The notes under the pieces are model-generated. The model was not told the origin of the DNA. It ran no database searches and saw only the letters and a list, made by a program, of their open reading frames with translations. A stretch of 64,000 nucleotides of DNA from Nymphaea colorata (Eukaryota): positions 31,000,001 to 31,064,000 of the forward strand of contig NC_045138.2 in assembly GCF_008831285.2 (NCBI RefSeq), read 5' to 3'. A program made the translations under genes and the position numbers. This document shows positions 13,201-26,805 of this stretch, in pieces. Numbering within the stretch: position 1 is the stretch's first letter; every line of letters begins with the position of its first letter.

Positions 13201-14371
13201 GAAACTTAGAGATTTAATTTACCATAACGTGAACCAACTCCTTGGCATCTTGCAGAGAAAGCTAACGTTTCCCTGACTGTCATTTCTCCTATATGAAGAT
13301 CATGCTGGCTGATATATGCAGAGGTTCTCTGAGGAACAAATTCTTTCATTCCGTGCCCATTATATGTTATCCTTCCTGAAGTCTAGTAATGCAGTAGAAG
13401 TGGATCCCCGTCAGTTTTAAGAAATGTTTTCACCCGGGGAATGAAGTAAAAAAAAAAATGGAGGGTTGTGTTTCACACCTTCAAACTCGAATCAAGCCTT
13501 CCAGCCAGGGCTAACAGCAAAGTGGTCTTCCCAGAACTTGGTGGGCCTAAAACGAGCGTCATCCTGCAAATTATGACCCCCAAAGTGATTCTGTGAGTCA
13601 AGACTTCTGAGAGCAAAACGAACAGAAAAAGATAGACTCGATCTTTTTACCTTTTTGGCTTCATGATTCCACTGACGTTGTGCAGAATGGACAACGGTTT
13701 CTTGTTTTTTGGAAGAACATGGAGGAAGCTCAGGGCACCCTAAATTCAGCAAATCACCAGCCATTGAGTATTGTCATCAATCTTTCTTCTATATTCAGAA
13801 TAGGACGGAACTGTACTCACCTCTAGCATATTGACAACAAAATTCAGCAAAGTAGGCAGTCCCCTGCTGCCAACATAGACCCCTGCATCAACATTTAAAT
13901 TCTCGAACCGGACTTCGATCTGCGGAATATCGATTCCGACCCTACATCCCCCATAGAATCACAAGATCCAAAAGAAACCTATTAAAAACCAAGTCATGAA
14001 AGACCGACTCATGAAGAGAAAATATTCAATGAGAATTACCGATCTACTCGCTCCTTGAGCCTGAGAAGGAACTTCTCATTGTCTTCCTCTGCAGTTCTGA
14101 CGAGCCTATCCAGCAGGCTCTCTCTCTCAACGAACCCGAGCTTGCGAATATCCACCTCAGCAACACCCCCTGCAACACCACTGAGAATCCCTCTCCTGAT
14201 CCTGTCATAGGTGGGCAGCTTCTCAAGAGCTGCCCACCTGAGGGCCTCCTCATCATCTTCCCCATCTCTTGAAGACCTTGAGAAGGCATCATCCCCACTG
14301 TTCCTCCAAATGGAGGAGGACCCATTTCTTCTGAAACTCCCAGCTCTGTAAATATCACCTCCTGTCTCCAT
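7266..14371 (-). CDS. Full-size ABCG / pleiotropic drug resistance (PDR) transporter, copy A (PDR1/ABCG40-like), 24 exons, ~1445 aa
   Basis: Walker A motifs GPPSSGKT and GVSGAGKT; signatures [10 protein letters not shown] and LSTEQRKRL; Walker B motifs ALFMDE and IIFMDE; N-terminal [17 protein letters not shown]-terminal FNFERR. Exons (all GT-AG): 14371-14040, 13941-13821, 13739-13651, 13563-13479, 13382-13223, 13136-13060, 12746-12693, 12604-12514, 12397-12096, 11962-11681, 11570-11254, 11051-10891, 10767-10664, 10589-10433, 10357-10241, 10144-10029, 9893-9561, 9465-9175, 8983-8900, 8821-8688, 8532-8305, 8201-8030, 7878-7624, 7541-7266. They sum to 4338 nt with an open frame. Confidence 0.95.
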
Positions 14372-14537
14372 ATCTCTTGCTTACAAGCAGGTTCCAATCT
14401 TGATCACAACACCCACAAACCACTACGTTTAAAGAATGAAAAAACTTGTTCAAGAAGTTAAAAGAATCATGAAATTGTGAAAAGAAATGAAGAAATCTCA
14501 AGTCGTGGCAATGGAGACGTGGAGTTCAGCACTTCAA

Positions 14538-14545
14538 TTTAAATA
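14538..14545 (-). promoter_or_regulatory. Candidate TATA-like box (TATTTAAA) of PDR copy A
   Basis: TATTTAAA on the minus strand about 170 nt upstream of the ATG, followed by a pyrimidine-rich leader. Confidence 0.45.
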
Positions 14546-14690
14546 GTGGCAGGGAAAGAGAAACAGGGTGGTGTTTCCCGGGAGATGGTGTGAAAGTAAC
14601 GGCTCTTTTCGGAAGCTGCCAGGAATGACGCACTTGCTTCCATCTCCTATTGCTGTCGTTCTAGATGCAGATAGAGGCCATCATGAGAGT

Positions 14691-15758
14691 GGTCAACTAC
14701 TTGAAACTTCTCGCTTCCCGGTTCAAAATCAATTTTGGAGCGCCAGCCGGTCTCTGACCCATGGCACTGCACCATTCAAAGATTCAAAGATTGGAACCGG
14801 GTCTAAGCAAGCTTTTGACCATAATACTGTTCTTAAGAGACGTAATTGGTTCTGATTCACAGGTCATATGGATCTGGTAAACTTGGTCGTTTACCAGCTA
14901 CCCTTATCCTGTTTCAAACACGAGTCAATTGTGTCGCGAGCCAAGCCAAGTCAAAATCATTGAGCTTGGAGCAACTTGTTTTGAACGGAACATAAATGAG
15001 TTCTTTTGTTTCTCTTCGAAGCAGCCATTCTCCAAAAGTTTCCAACCAGAATCGACCTTATTATGCTGGCTTGAAGAAGAAAACAAGAAAACTTAATTCA
15101 AAGTCCCATTAAACGATAATGCTTTCCTTTAACCAAATTTCAATCCAGGTCGACATGTACCTGCCAAAGCCTATTTTAGATTAATCGGATATGATTAGTG
15201 GCGGCGGAACCATCTTTGTTTTAGTCGAGGGCCACTCGCATTGGTGATACATGTTTGGTGTAGGCACCACATATAATTTAAGTCATGACCATGTGATCTT
15301 GAAAGCTCCGACACTGCATGTGATACGATTAATTGTATCTAACCCATGACAAAGGCAGGGGGTCATGGTGCTCCTTCTTTGATTAAGAAAAAAAAAATCA
15401 AAATTTTATATATAAATTTTAAAAAGTTTAGCTTAACCAATATACAAAACTTAAAAAATTTTGTATCGGCTCTTGTTAAAATTTTGAAACTATAGTTTGA
15501 CTCATGTAACGAGAGATTCCTGAGTTCAAACTTCTCTGACCAGCTCTAGATAGAGTTGATTGAAACTATGAAATGCATAGAAGTAAGCTTGTAAACAGGC
15601 CATTCCATTGAACAAGGTCAACAGTTCAAGTGAACGAGTTTGGAGTCAAGTTGAACATCACAAGGCTCGCCCTATTGCGTGTGGTGCGGGAGCTTTCGCC
15701 TCGCGGCTTTAAGCGAGTTTAATTTTCCGTGTCACTTGATCATAGAGAAAAGTTGACC
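14691..15758. promoter_or_regulatory. W-box (TTGAC[C/T]) cluster upstream of PDR copy A
   Basis: Eight W-boxes on either strand, at 14691, 14815, 14923, 14949, 15497, 15616, 15644 and 15753. Function is inferred from known WRKY control of defence-related PDR genes. Confidence 0.5.
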
Positions 15759-15919
15759 TCGTTTGCTTAGTTTTGTGGTTAATTTCCCATAGAAGTGACA
15801 AGAAATAAAAACTGTTCACTGCATTTACGATGCTTTGATATGAATCAGAGAACATTTGAAAATACATAGTCGAATTTGTGAAACATTATGAAAATACATA
15901 TATATATATATATATATAT

Positions 15920-16150
15920 GTGGTTGGATTTGGATGCAGATTTAGGTCAGATTCATTTTTAAACTGATATCTTATATCCAATGCTCTTACATCTTGAAAA
16001 TGGGTCAAATTCGGTTTAAAATTTGGATCAAAATTTAATTGTCCAATTAGATTTTGGATTTGGATTCAGATATGACTTCTTTTATTCATATTCAAATTAA
16101 TTTGAATACGAAATCATGAATATATGAAAAAGTGGATATAGTTAATAATA
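15920..16150. mobile_element. Fragment of a dispersed GGATTTGGAT/ATCCAAAT sub-repeat element family
   Basis: The same motif-rich sequence recurs at ~30077-30465, ~37310-37620 and ~52550-52900. The last two-ended examples begin (A)GG(G/C)ATGTCAA, a MITE-like terminus. Boundaries are approximate. Confidence 0.5.
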
Positions 16151-16933
16151 TATTAACGGAACAAATTCACGATTTGAACGTGATCTCATTTATTTGCATG
16201 AGCAAGAAAACACTTTTCTTACGAAACAATTTCATGTGAATGGTGTGAACAAACATTCATACCAATGACCAGCTATCATTTAATGAGTCTTAATATTTCA
16301 TATCTTTACACTTTGAATTAAAGTAACGGATCATGGCAATGTTTAAATTTATTGTATTGTATTGGCATTCGCAATTGTGTATGATGCCACAACGGTTTAT
16401 GGTGGCTTTAGCGATAATTTATGGTTTCTTAACAATAAATTTTCAAATTTGAGTGATCATCTAAAAACTATCTGGCATCCGACAACATTGATTCTTCCTT
16501 GTTCTGTATATCAACGTTTTTTTTTTTTTTTTTTTGTAGTCAATGTCTATTAAGTACAATCTCCTAATCCATTGAAACAATAAAAGTTAGAATATATTAT
16601 TATTTCAAAAAGCACAACAAATAAGTTTTGAAGCACTTTTACTTGAAAATCTTAGAGGTACCTATTACACCAGAATTTTGTCTGCTATAAATATATATAC
16701 ACACACATACACTAACGTTATATAATACTTCGGTTAACAAATTCATCTTTTCTACTATCCAAATTTTGTGTTATAAGATCCGTTCATTTTTCAATTATTA
16801 AAAAATATTTATTGAAGTAAAAAAAACGACTAACTTAATATATGCTTCCCACTAAATCAGTCTTACAATCAAAATTATAAGGTTAGGTTGCAGAAAAAAT
16901 AAAGATTCCTAACAAGTGTAACACTTAAGGGTT

Positions 16934-16938
<5 letters not shown>

Positions 16939-16969
<31 letters not shown>
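16939..16969. repeat. (GA)n microsatellite
   Basis: Pure AG run. Confidence 0.95.
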
Positions 16970-16973
<4 letters not shown>

Positions 16974-19534
16974 GATGCATGTTTTTTGTCCCACTGTTGG
17001 CCACCGGCCAGCCCTATCGAGGAATCCGATAACTGCAGAGCTCACCCATTAAGAAAGCATGCATCTTCCAGCAGGCTTTCCATAAGTACGTGAGACATTC
17101 AATAAATGCATGGGAAGAAAGTATAGTTGACGAATTTGATTAGTTAAAATCATTCAGCCAAATATGGGCACCTCTCAAATCAAGCCACATAATAACCAAG
17201 CCTTAGTGAAAAATATCGTTCTCAACCTGAATAGGATCTGAATTTTAAAGTGGGAGTCCGGTTTAAAATGCATCGGGTTCATCTGTACCTGTAACAGTAT
17301 CAGATCCATTTGCACCCTTTAACTAATTGACCACTGTTTGATTCTAGAAGTGGCATCAACATTTGGTTCAGTTGTCCAGCGTTTCAATTATTAGGACATA
17401 TTTATTTGATGATGAGATCAGAGAGAAGGACCACAATGTCTTCTGAAAGTTTTAAAAAATAAAAGCAGAGCTTTAAATGCCGTAATTCGAAGGAATCCGT
17501 CTTGATCTTCCTTCTAGAAGAGTCAAATGCACATTCTCTAGAGAAATACAGTTTTCTAAGTAAAACGTGACAATGTTGGCAATATACGCTTCTTTCCAGC
17601 ATTTTCTGAGATTCAAATTCATAGTCAACATTTTCGAAATTAAACCTGGAGGCCATGTATCCACGGGGAGCCACACACCTTCGATCAATTTTTCTTATTA
17701 GTTATATGTTGATGCTCCTTATAAAATTAAAATTTATTATTATTACTACGTTTAGCCACAAAATTTTTGGCTCCACCCCTACTGTGGTAATTTGCAGAAA
17801 TGATTTTGCAAACAACTAACAAGGTTTGCAATTCAAAAGTGTGCAAAATATTTGTAAAATTTAGGCCCCACTGCTAATTGCTTTATCGTTAACCAAAATC
17901 ATAACTTTGGTGACTTCCCAAGTTTGCAATTCCTATTTCTCTATCTCTCTCTCCCTTTCTCGCTTTCACGTATAAGATGCCCTCTTTTTCATTTCAAAAA
18001 CCAAAGCAAATGCTTCATAAGGGCAGTTTGATTTATCGTAATAGATGATTGAGATAAAAACAAGAAGAAAAATGTGTGAACTACCCATCACTTATTTATC
18101 CTTATTTTTCGTTCAACCATTCACTGAAGATTGATTCGATTGATTTAATTACGAGCATATAACTTAGTATTTTCTAGGTTGATGCTATGATGATGTTATT
18201 TATTATTGATTATCTTAAACATATTCATTAATAAACATTAATTTGATTGGATTTCATTAAGAACAAAACATTTACGTAGACAATTTTAATATATATGCTT
18301 GCAATCTAATCAATAAAATCAATCTTAGTTAATAAATGTGTCTAAAATAATCGGGGGTGGAGGGGCCGTTGGAAGAAGCTGCCATCAACCTTCGTCTGCC
18401 ACCCTGCATCCTGAGTTTCCAATGGTCATTGTCGCCACAAGTTTACCTTTGAAAGGTGACACCCAATTAGTCAAGCCCACGAGTTTCTTCAATCAACAAG
18501 GGAGTGTTGCATTAGTTTATGTATACTTCCACCATAAGGGTACAGAGAAGGAAAAAAACCTTGGGAGGCCATCAGAAACAATTTAAGAAAGAAAAATGTT
18601 GACGCGTTAAAATGAATGATGTATGAATGATGTGCTTGAGTCTTTAGCTGGAACAAGAGAGACCGTGTTGATAGAAGAACACTAGCGTTGCTTACCATTG
18701 AGTCTTTAACTTTTGAACGTTCAAATCCAAATTCTCTGAAATTTCTCATCCCTATGCCAGTTAGAGAAGTCCTTTGGACTTTAGAACTCTCTCCTACGAT
18801 TTCTTATCTATTAGTTTTACTTTCCAAAGTAATCTCTGTCACACGTCCTCCCGACGCGTTTGTTTCTCTCTTTCCCTCCCTCTCTCTTTTATGTTATACT
18901 GCAACAGCATAAGTTGGGTGAGTTCCTCTTGTATGACGAGCTCTAGAACCAGATAAGCACTCCCACACACCAATTGCCATCAAATTACCCACACGTTAAT
19001 GTGTAAGCTAAGCATTTGGTATCAAAGAAAAATACAAGTTTGTTGAGGTGGAAATCATAGGACTACAAGAGTACGTCGCATGGATTGGATTAAGCAGATA
19101 TATTCAGCAACGCGCTGCTGGTTGAAGGATAGACGTTCACTTTCTTTGCTTTCCAAATTTCAAACTATCAAGTTTGTGCACTAAAGCTGTGCTGCTGTTG
19201 TTTCTTCAAGTATCTTGGGAAACATGCTTATCTCCTAAGCGTCTATCAAGCAAGCTTGACCACAGTTACACGGTCTACAGTGAAAAAGATGAACACTTCT
19301 GCCATTTTTTTGTGCATTTATTAAAACTCAATATTGTGACGAATCAAATGTGCTTTTATTCCTTAACATATACGAGGAAATGAGTACCCTAGGCTGCATA
19401 TATTTTCCTATCAACGCTAGAAAAGTGGATGGAAGACTATTCCTACAATTAGCAGATACAAAGTACACTCTCATATAAGTGACTTTATGATCTGCTTAAG
19501 CAATTTGTTTTGAATTACCTACATCCAAGAGCTA

Positions 19535-22222
19535 CTATCTTTTCTCAAAGTTGAAGGCCTTAGCTGCCAATGCAAAAACAGATGCAAATAGAATCGCAAA
19601 TCCTACAACCATTATGGAAACCACATCCAAGAAGTCATGGCGGAATCCAAAATAGGCTCGGATGAATCCCTCCACTGTCACAGTTGTTGCTGCAGAGTTG
19701 GCCACTTCAAGATTTGACTTTACATCACCAAATTGTGAAGTAACTAACCCATTCAACGTCCAAGCAACAGGGCATGCCCAGTAGTACCATCTCCACCACA
19801 CTGGCATACTCTGAAAAGGATATAAATATGTAAATTATTGGTGCCACTCTCAAAATCTCCGACAAGATATAACAGAGTAGATGATCACATACCGGACGTG
19901 CAATCACAAATCCAGAGAAGAGATTCCAAATTGCATAAAATGCAGAAGAGATGATGGCGGCGATGTGATGATTTGGAGTGACTGCAACTGCCATCATCCC
20001 ATAGAATGTGAAGTATAGGAAGGTGAAGTACATGAAGAATATATACCAGAAGAACTTGGCAGCAGTCCACTCGAAGCCTATCATTGCATATACTATAACT
20101 CCATAGATCAAAGCCTGAATCAAGGCATATGGCAGTTCAATAGCAACCTGTGCACATGTAAACAACCTAATTAGCTCTTGAAAATTCAGGTCTTTAGACT
20201 AGTAACCACTCAGTTACGAATAAATCAAGGATAGCCAGACAATACAGAATGTTTTATTAATTGTTTGCGTGTAGAGACAATGTGCATTAGTAAGTATATT
20301 CACCATTGTGTAGCATACCTGACCAAATGCATATGGCAATTCAGAATACATTCCAGCAGCCCTTTCCCTATAGAAGACGGTTCTTCCAATAGCCACAACT
20401 GGCTGAACAGATGATGCATTGTTGATACCAATAAACAGAACAGCAGCATACATGGAGCCCATTGCATTGAACAAATCCTGTTGCTTACTCCTGTGAAAGA
20501 TGTCAAAAAATGAGAATTCATATCCCCAGAATCTCTCTTTCCCTCCGTTCCTATATATATTTATGTATGTATAAATGTATACATATTGAAGCAATCCAGA
20601 CCTTTTCATGCCAAGATTCCAGAAAATGGCCCCAAACATCAAGGCTGAAAAGGTTGTGAAGAAGAAACGTGTAGCTGTATATGAAGGGTTACGCCAGTAA
20701 GACCAGTGTTGTTTCCACAGGCATGCCATGCACTGAGTGATGAAGGACTGAGAGTGCTTTGTTGGAAAGTAAAGATCTTTAGAGCCAGGTGGAGGTGAAG
20801 TGAGCTCATTTATCAAAGCCCTATTTCTCCTGCAGCCATCAGCACATATAAATTATAAATTCATGAAAACCTTGGACAGGGGAACCAATGACTAAATATG
20901 ATCCTACTTGTCTCTTCAACATGTTTCTTCATTACAGCAAAGTAATCCTGTCGTATGGAGATATTAAGAATAAAACTAGTTAAAATGTACTCACTGATAC
21001 AGATCAGAGTTTCTGTAGATCTCAGCAAAGTCTACACCAAGAATGTCCTCTTGTGCCTCAGAGGTCACTTCTAGCATCCACGTTGCTGGATTGTACCTTT
21101 CTCTTATCCTGCTTACTCCTTCGATGCCCTACAGTGTATCATCACTTTACTTAACCTTGACACAAGCTCCAAACTAAACTTGCATGTGGAAAATAGCTTT
21201 TGTTACCTCAAAATAGGAAATTAGGTGACAAGATTTCTGGCCCAACGGCCCAACGTAGATCTCCTGTCCACCTCGCTTCATAAGGAAGAGCTGAAATGAA
21301 GAGAAAAAGTGATCCACAAAGAAGCAAGCAAAATACACCTAGTTGCATCATGTGACTAACAAGGAGAATCTCTACACATAATGCTTTAGCATCATTGTAA
21401 GTTTCAGTTGGTACACACTATGGTTATACAAAGTCATTTACCAACATCCTCACCTCATCAAATGCTTCAAATATGTCAATACTGGGTTGATGAATTGTGC
21501 AAACAACTGTCCTTCCAGTATCCACTGTATTTCTGACGGTTCTCATGACAATTGCTGCAGCTCTGGCATCGAGGCCAGAGGTTGGTTCGTCCATGAATAT
21601 TATGGAGGGATTAGCAACTAGCTCCACTGCAATTGTCAATCGTTTACGTTGCTCAATTGAGAGCCCATTTACACCTGGTAACCCCACAAGGGATTCCCTT
21701 AATGATGTCAACTCCACAAGTTCCATGACCTCCTCAACAAATAGCTGCAGAGATTGATCCTTGCAATAAGAAAGCCTACCCTATGGATAGGTGCTGAGGA
21801 AGGGAAGACCATTCATTATAAATGTGATTCAGCACCAACCTTTCTCGTAGCAGAATTGACTTCAGGAGGTAAACGAAGCCAAGCAGAGTAGACAAGTGAT
21901 TCATATACAGTGACATGGGGAGAATGGATGTCATTTTGCTCACAGTAACCCGAAACACGAGCAAAGGTTTCCTGTTTCTTCGGATAACCTGATATTTTGA
22001 TGCTTCCAGTAGTATAGCCACCAGTCTTTCTTCCTGCTAACACATCCATTAAAGTAGTTTTGCCAGCTCCGCTTACACCCATCAAGGCCGTTAATGCTCC
22101 AGGTCTGAAAGTCCCACTTATACCCTTCAGCAGCTCTAATTTGTCCTCAGAAACACCTCGAGCTTTCATTTCCTAGAAAATTCAGATCACGTTTAGAAGG
22201 CAGATGCCTGATGATATGAAGA

Positions 22223-22275
<53 letters not shown>

Positions 22276-25200
22276 TTAATATTTTATGTTTACCTGTGGC
22301 ATGTCCACTGAATATCTGATGTCTTCAAATGTTATGCATAGGGGTGTAAATGGAAGGACCATTCCTTTCTGTTGGCTATGGACACGTTCAGCAACTGATT
22401 CTGATTGAGCTGAAAGAGAGGCACAACAAATTTATATTTATTGCTAGGGTGATTCACATGATACAGTTAATAATAAGCATCTGGGGTTTGTCTGGTGAAA
22501 TTACCTTCCGTAATCCTTCTTCCTCTTGAAGATAATTCTGATTTTACATTTTCGCCAGTCAAATTAGCATGTTTCTCCTTCAATGCCTCTTCAGATATAG
22601 CCTGTGATTTTCCAAAAGCTGCAAGTGCATAGCCACCATTTCACCAGTTTAGAGAATAACATTAAGACCACATACACCAACACAGATAGAATATAAGACT
22701 CACGTTGAAGATAAGCAAGTGCAGCACTGAAGAGCCCATTGAAGAGCAAAGTGTATCCAATCAGGGCACCAACTCCAATCCAGTACCAGTACCCTCGACC
22801 AAACATTCCATGTGCTTTCAGGACTGCTTCACCCAGTGACATAGTTGAATTCGGTATAACCTACAAAAAAAAAAAAAAAAAAATCAATGATAACCTATAA
22901 TTTTGAATTCTGCATAATATCTTTCTAATTGGGGCCAAAACTTACTTGGTGCCAACTGTTCCCAAGGAATTCATTCACAGAAATGGCATTTTGTCCATAC
23001 ATAATTGGTGAAATCCAGTAGCCCCAGATGCACCAGCTCTTAATGTTATCTGTTGCACATGAAGAAGATACCTTCACCAACTTGGTCTAATGATAAGTTG
23101 TTTTATCATTCAACAAGAAAAGAAATGTTTAATTCCATAGTTTGAGGAACCAAAGAACACATAATCAGGTGAGCATACCCCGTGAGAGTATAAAGCCACC
23201 AAGAGCAATTATTACAAGCAATGCAAATGAACCAAATGTATTTGCAACAATGAGGTCCCGGCCCAAGGCAGCAATTAAACGGAAAAGGCCAGACGACATT
23301 TGGTTGATTCCTAGAAGCAGAAGCAATTGCCTGAACATCCTGTAAGTAGAGCATAGAATGATGATTTATATCAGTCAATTCCACAATTCAATTGCACAAG
23401 TTTTCCACTTCAACTTATTAATTACTAGTTATTTGGCTATTTCTATTTTTTCCATACTGTATCTTCTTGTATATATGAAGAAAACTTGTGATAGATCATG
23501 ATACAACCACAATGATAGAAAAGCTTCAAATACTAACTAATAACTCACCTTCCAGCACTTGGATCAAAACCGACCACATAGTAAGTCAAAAACACCCATA
23601 TAGAGGCCTCAGCAACTGATATTGGAATTTTAGTAATCCATGCGGGAATTGCATATGTCCATGCTGGATAGAAAAACAAGTCTCTTTGCTTGTAAAAAAC
23701 AGGCAGTATTGCAATTGTCAAGGAGAGCTCCGCAAAACCATTGAACATGATTGTAATCAAACCAAAAAATAGTGCACCCAGATAAATCCCTCCATCATTG
23801 ATTGTGTTCCGGTGCATCTTAGTACGTAGGAAGAGAGTCATCGTAATAAAAGCAAGGACTATAAGCTGTAAAAAAGAGAGAAAAAAGTACAATAAATAAG
23901 ACATAAGCTATAAGACATACAATAATCTCAAAACTTCCTGAAGAACTGGGTGCCGATAGATGCAATACTCACTTGCATCATTTTAAAAATGTAGACAAAA
24001 GAGTTCCTTTTCATCAGCAGTAATTCCCTTGAAAAGGATGCTTTTAACAGCTCCAACTTGCTTACACCGTATTTGGAACCTGTTAATGCAGCAGGATGGT
24101 TTTTACTCTTGTCAAATGGTATAGAAAATTCTGCATATAATTGTTGTCCAATATGAAATGAATGAAACGCTTCTGCAAATTCCTTCACTGGTACAAATCT
24201 GTAGGTTTCTTCTTCATGTATCCAGTATTGCTTCTGGTCGTTTCGAGATGTCACCTGGTGAATGTGAAGTAGATTGAACCCTCAGAAATATATTAAACAT
24301 GCAAAGAGACAAACTCATTAAAGCAGAAATTGATCTCACATGTGCATATTTTTGAATTACAATTTACAAAAACTCAATAGACTAAGAGCTTACCTCTTGT
24401 AGAAAATCTGCAATGCCCTTTCTCTCAGGACACCTGAAGCCCATAGATTCAAAGAACTCAAGTACATGCTCACGAGGACCATGGTATACAATATGACCAT
24501 CAGAGAGAAGAATGATGTCGTCAAAAAGATCATAGGTCTCTGGTGCTGGTTGCAGCAAAGAAATGGCTACTGTGGCTCCAATAATATGGGTAAATTGTCT
24601 GACTGAATTCACAATTTTGTAAGTGGTGGAGCTATCTAAACCAGTTGATATCTCGTCCATAAAGAGAGCTCTAGCTGGTCCAACCAGCATTTCTCCTGGA
24701 AAAACAATCAAAATGAGTTAACATAAAAGCCCTGAACTGTATTGGATTGATCAAGGCTGAGTACTGGAGAAGTATGCTGAAATGTATTTTAAACTAGCAT
24801 TATTTTCTCCACCTGTTGTGACCCGTTTCTTTTGTCCCCCTGAAATTCCTCTGAACATTTCATTTCCAACCATGGTGTCAGCACATATGTCTAGACCTAG
24901 AATCTGATATTGTAAGCAGGGTAAGATATTTGAGAAATATAGTTTGTCTTTCTGATAAAGGAAACAGAAACAACCGTTTGTTTTGCTCACCTTCAATATA
25001 TAGTCTGTCACTGCACTAGCCTTCTGACCTTCCAGGGAGGAAGCCTAAAAGAGGTTAAACTGGAAATTCTTAATATTGAAACCTCAGTAAAATATTACCT
25101 TCCCTACTGTCTCCATTTAAACGTTCAAAATCACATGTTTTCTGACTACTGAAATAAAAATAAATAAATAAAAAATATAGAATGATGCCTCTGTGATGCC

Positions 25201-26673
25201 AGGTGAATCCCATGAAAGGAAAATGGAAAAAGAAGGGAGAAAAAAAGAGAATATATGCAATATCACTGTTTGCAAGAACGGGAAATAGGGGAAGGTAATC
25301 AAAGTCGTCTTCAAAGACACCATACATTTAAATAGAGATGGTGAGTATGTTAATATGCTACCTTCATGAAGACATCAAGATCAGATCCTGGCTTAATGTT
25401 GGCAGCCTTTTCCCTTCTAGACAACTCTTCCAGCAAATCTACCTCAACAAGAAAATGCAAAATATCACAAAAATATATGAGAACTTTTGCATATTACCAC
25501 ATGAAACTTAAAGTTTTACCATAACGTGAACCGACTCCCTGGCATCTTGCAGAGAAAGCTAACGTTTCCCTGACCGTCATTTCTCCTATATGAAGATCAT
25601 GCTGGCTTATATATGCAGAGGTTCTCTGAGGAACAAATTCGTTCATTTCGTGCCCATTATAACTTATCCTTCCTGAAGTCTAATAATTCAGTAGAAGTGG
25701 ATCCCCGTCAGTTTCAAGAAATGTTTTCACCAAAAGTGCAAAGTCTGGAAGCTTATGTTTCGCACCTTCAAACTCGAATCAAGCTTTCCAGCCAGGGCTA
25801 ACAGCAAAGTGGTCTTCCCGGAACTTGGAGGGCCTAAAATGAGCGTCATCCTGCAAATTATGACCCGCCAAGTGAAATTATGTGAGTCAAGCCTTCTGAG
25901 AGTAAAAGGGGCAGAAAAAGATGGACGGCATCTTTTTTACCTTTTAGGCTTCACGATTCCACTGACGTTGTGAAGAATGGACAACGGCTTCTTCTTTTTT
26001 GGAAGAACATGGAGGAAGTTCAGGGTACCCTTTCCAATAAAAATTCAGCAAGTCACCAGCCTTTGAGTATCTCCATCAATGTTTCTTCTACATTGCAGAA
26101 TAGAAAGTAACTGTACTTACCTCTAGCACATTGACAGCAGTATTCAGCAAAGTAGGCAGTCCTCTGCTGCCAACGTAGACCTCTGTATCAACATTTAAAT
26201 TCTCGAACCGGACGTCGATCAGCGGGATATCGATTCCGACCCTACATCCCCCATAGAATCACAAGATCCAAAAGCAACCAATGAAAAACCAGGCCATGAA
26301 GAGAGCTCGCACATGAAGAGAAAATATTCAAAGAGAATTACCGATCTATTCGGTCCTTGAGCTGGAGAAGGAACTTCTCATTGTCTTCCTCAGCAACTCT
26401 GACGAGCCTATCCAGCAGGTTTTTTCTCTCAACGAAGCCGAGCTTGCGAACATCGACCTCAGCAAGATCACCTGCAACACCACTGAGAATCCCTTTCCTG
26501 ATCCTGTCATAGGTGGGGAGCTTCTCAAGAGCTGCCCATCTGAGGGCCTCCTCATCATCTTCCCCTTCTCTTGAAGACCTTGAGAAGGCATCATTCCCAC
26601 TGTTCCTCCAAATGGAGGAGGACCCATGTCTTCTGAAAGTCCCAACTCTGTAAATATCACCTCCTGTCTCCAT
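19535..26673 (-). CDS. Full-size ABCG / PDR transporter, copy B, 24 exons, ~1444 aa
   Basis: Exon-for-exon paralog of 7266-14371 with the same ABC motifs. All splice sites inspected are GT-AG. The only coding indel seen is an in-frame loss of one codon in exon 15 (QAVISE to QAISE, ~22600). No stop or frameshift was noticed. Confidence 0.93.
22226..22273. repeat. (GA)n microsatellite in intron 16 of PDR copy B
   Basis: Pure GA run. Copy A has T- and G-homopolymers plus a short GA tract in the same intron (~9947-10002). Confidence 0.95.
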
Positions 26674-26805
26674 ATCTCTTGCTTACAAACAAGGCGCAAT
26701 CTTAATGATAACGCCCATAAAATGACTCTGTTTCAAGGATGAAAAAACTCGTCCAAGAAAATAAAGAGTCATGAAATTGTGAAAAGAAATGAAGAAATCT
26801 CAAGT

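Noticed and set aside
14044..14397. 117-aa alternate-frame ORF conserved in both PDR copies (also 26346-26699)
   Set aside because: It starts at TTG, overlaps exon 1, and is shared simply because the copies are recent duplicates.
26030..26040. 9-nt indel at the exon 3 acceptor of PDR copy B as a possible inactivating lesion
   Set aside because: The AG is retained in both copies (AAG vs TAG) and the frame is unchanged.
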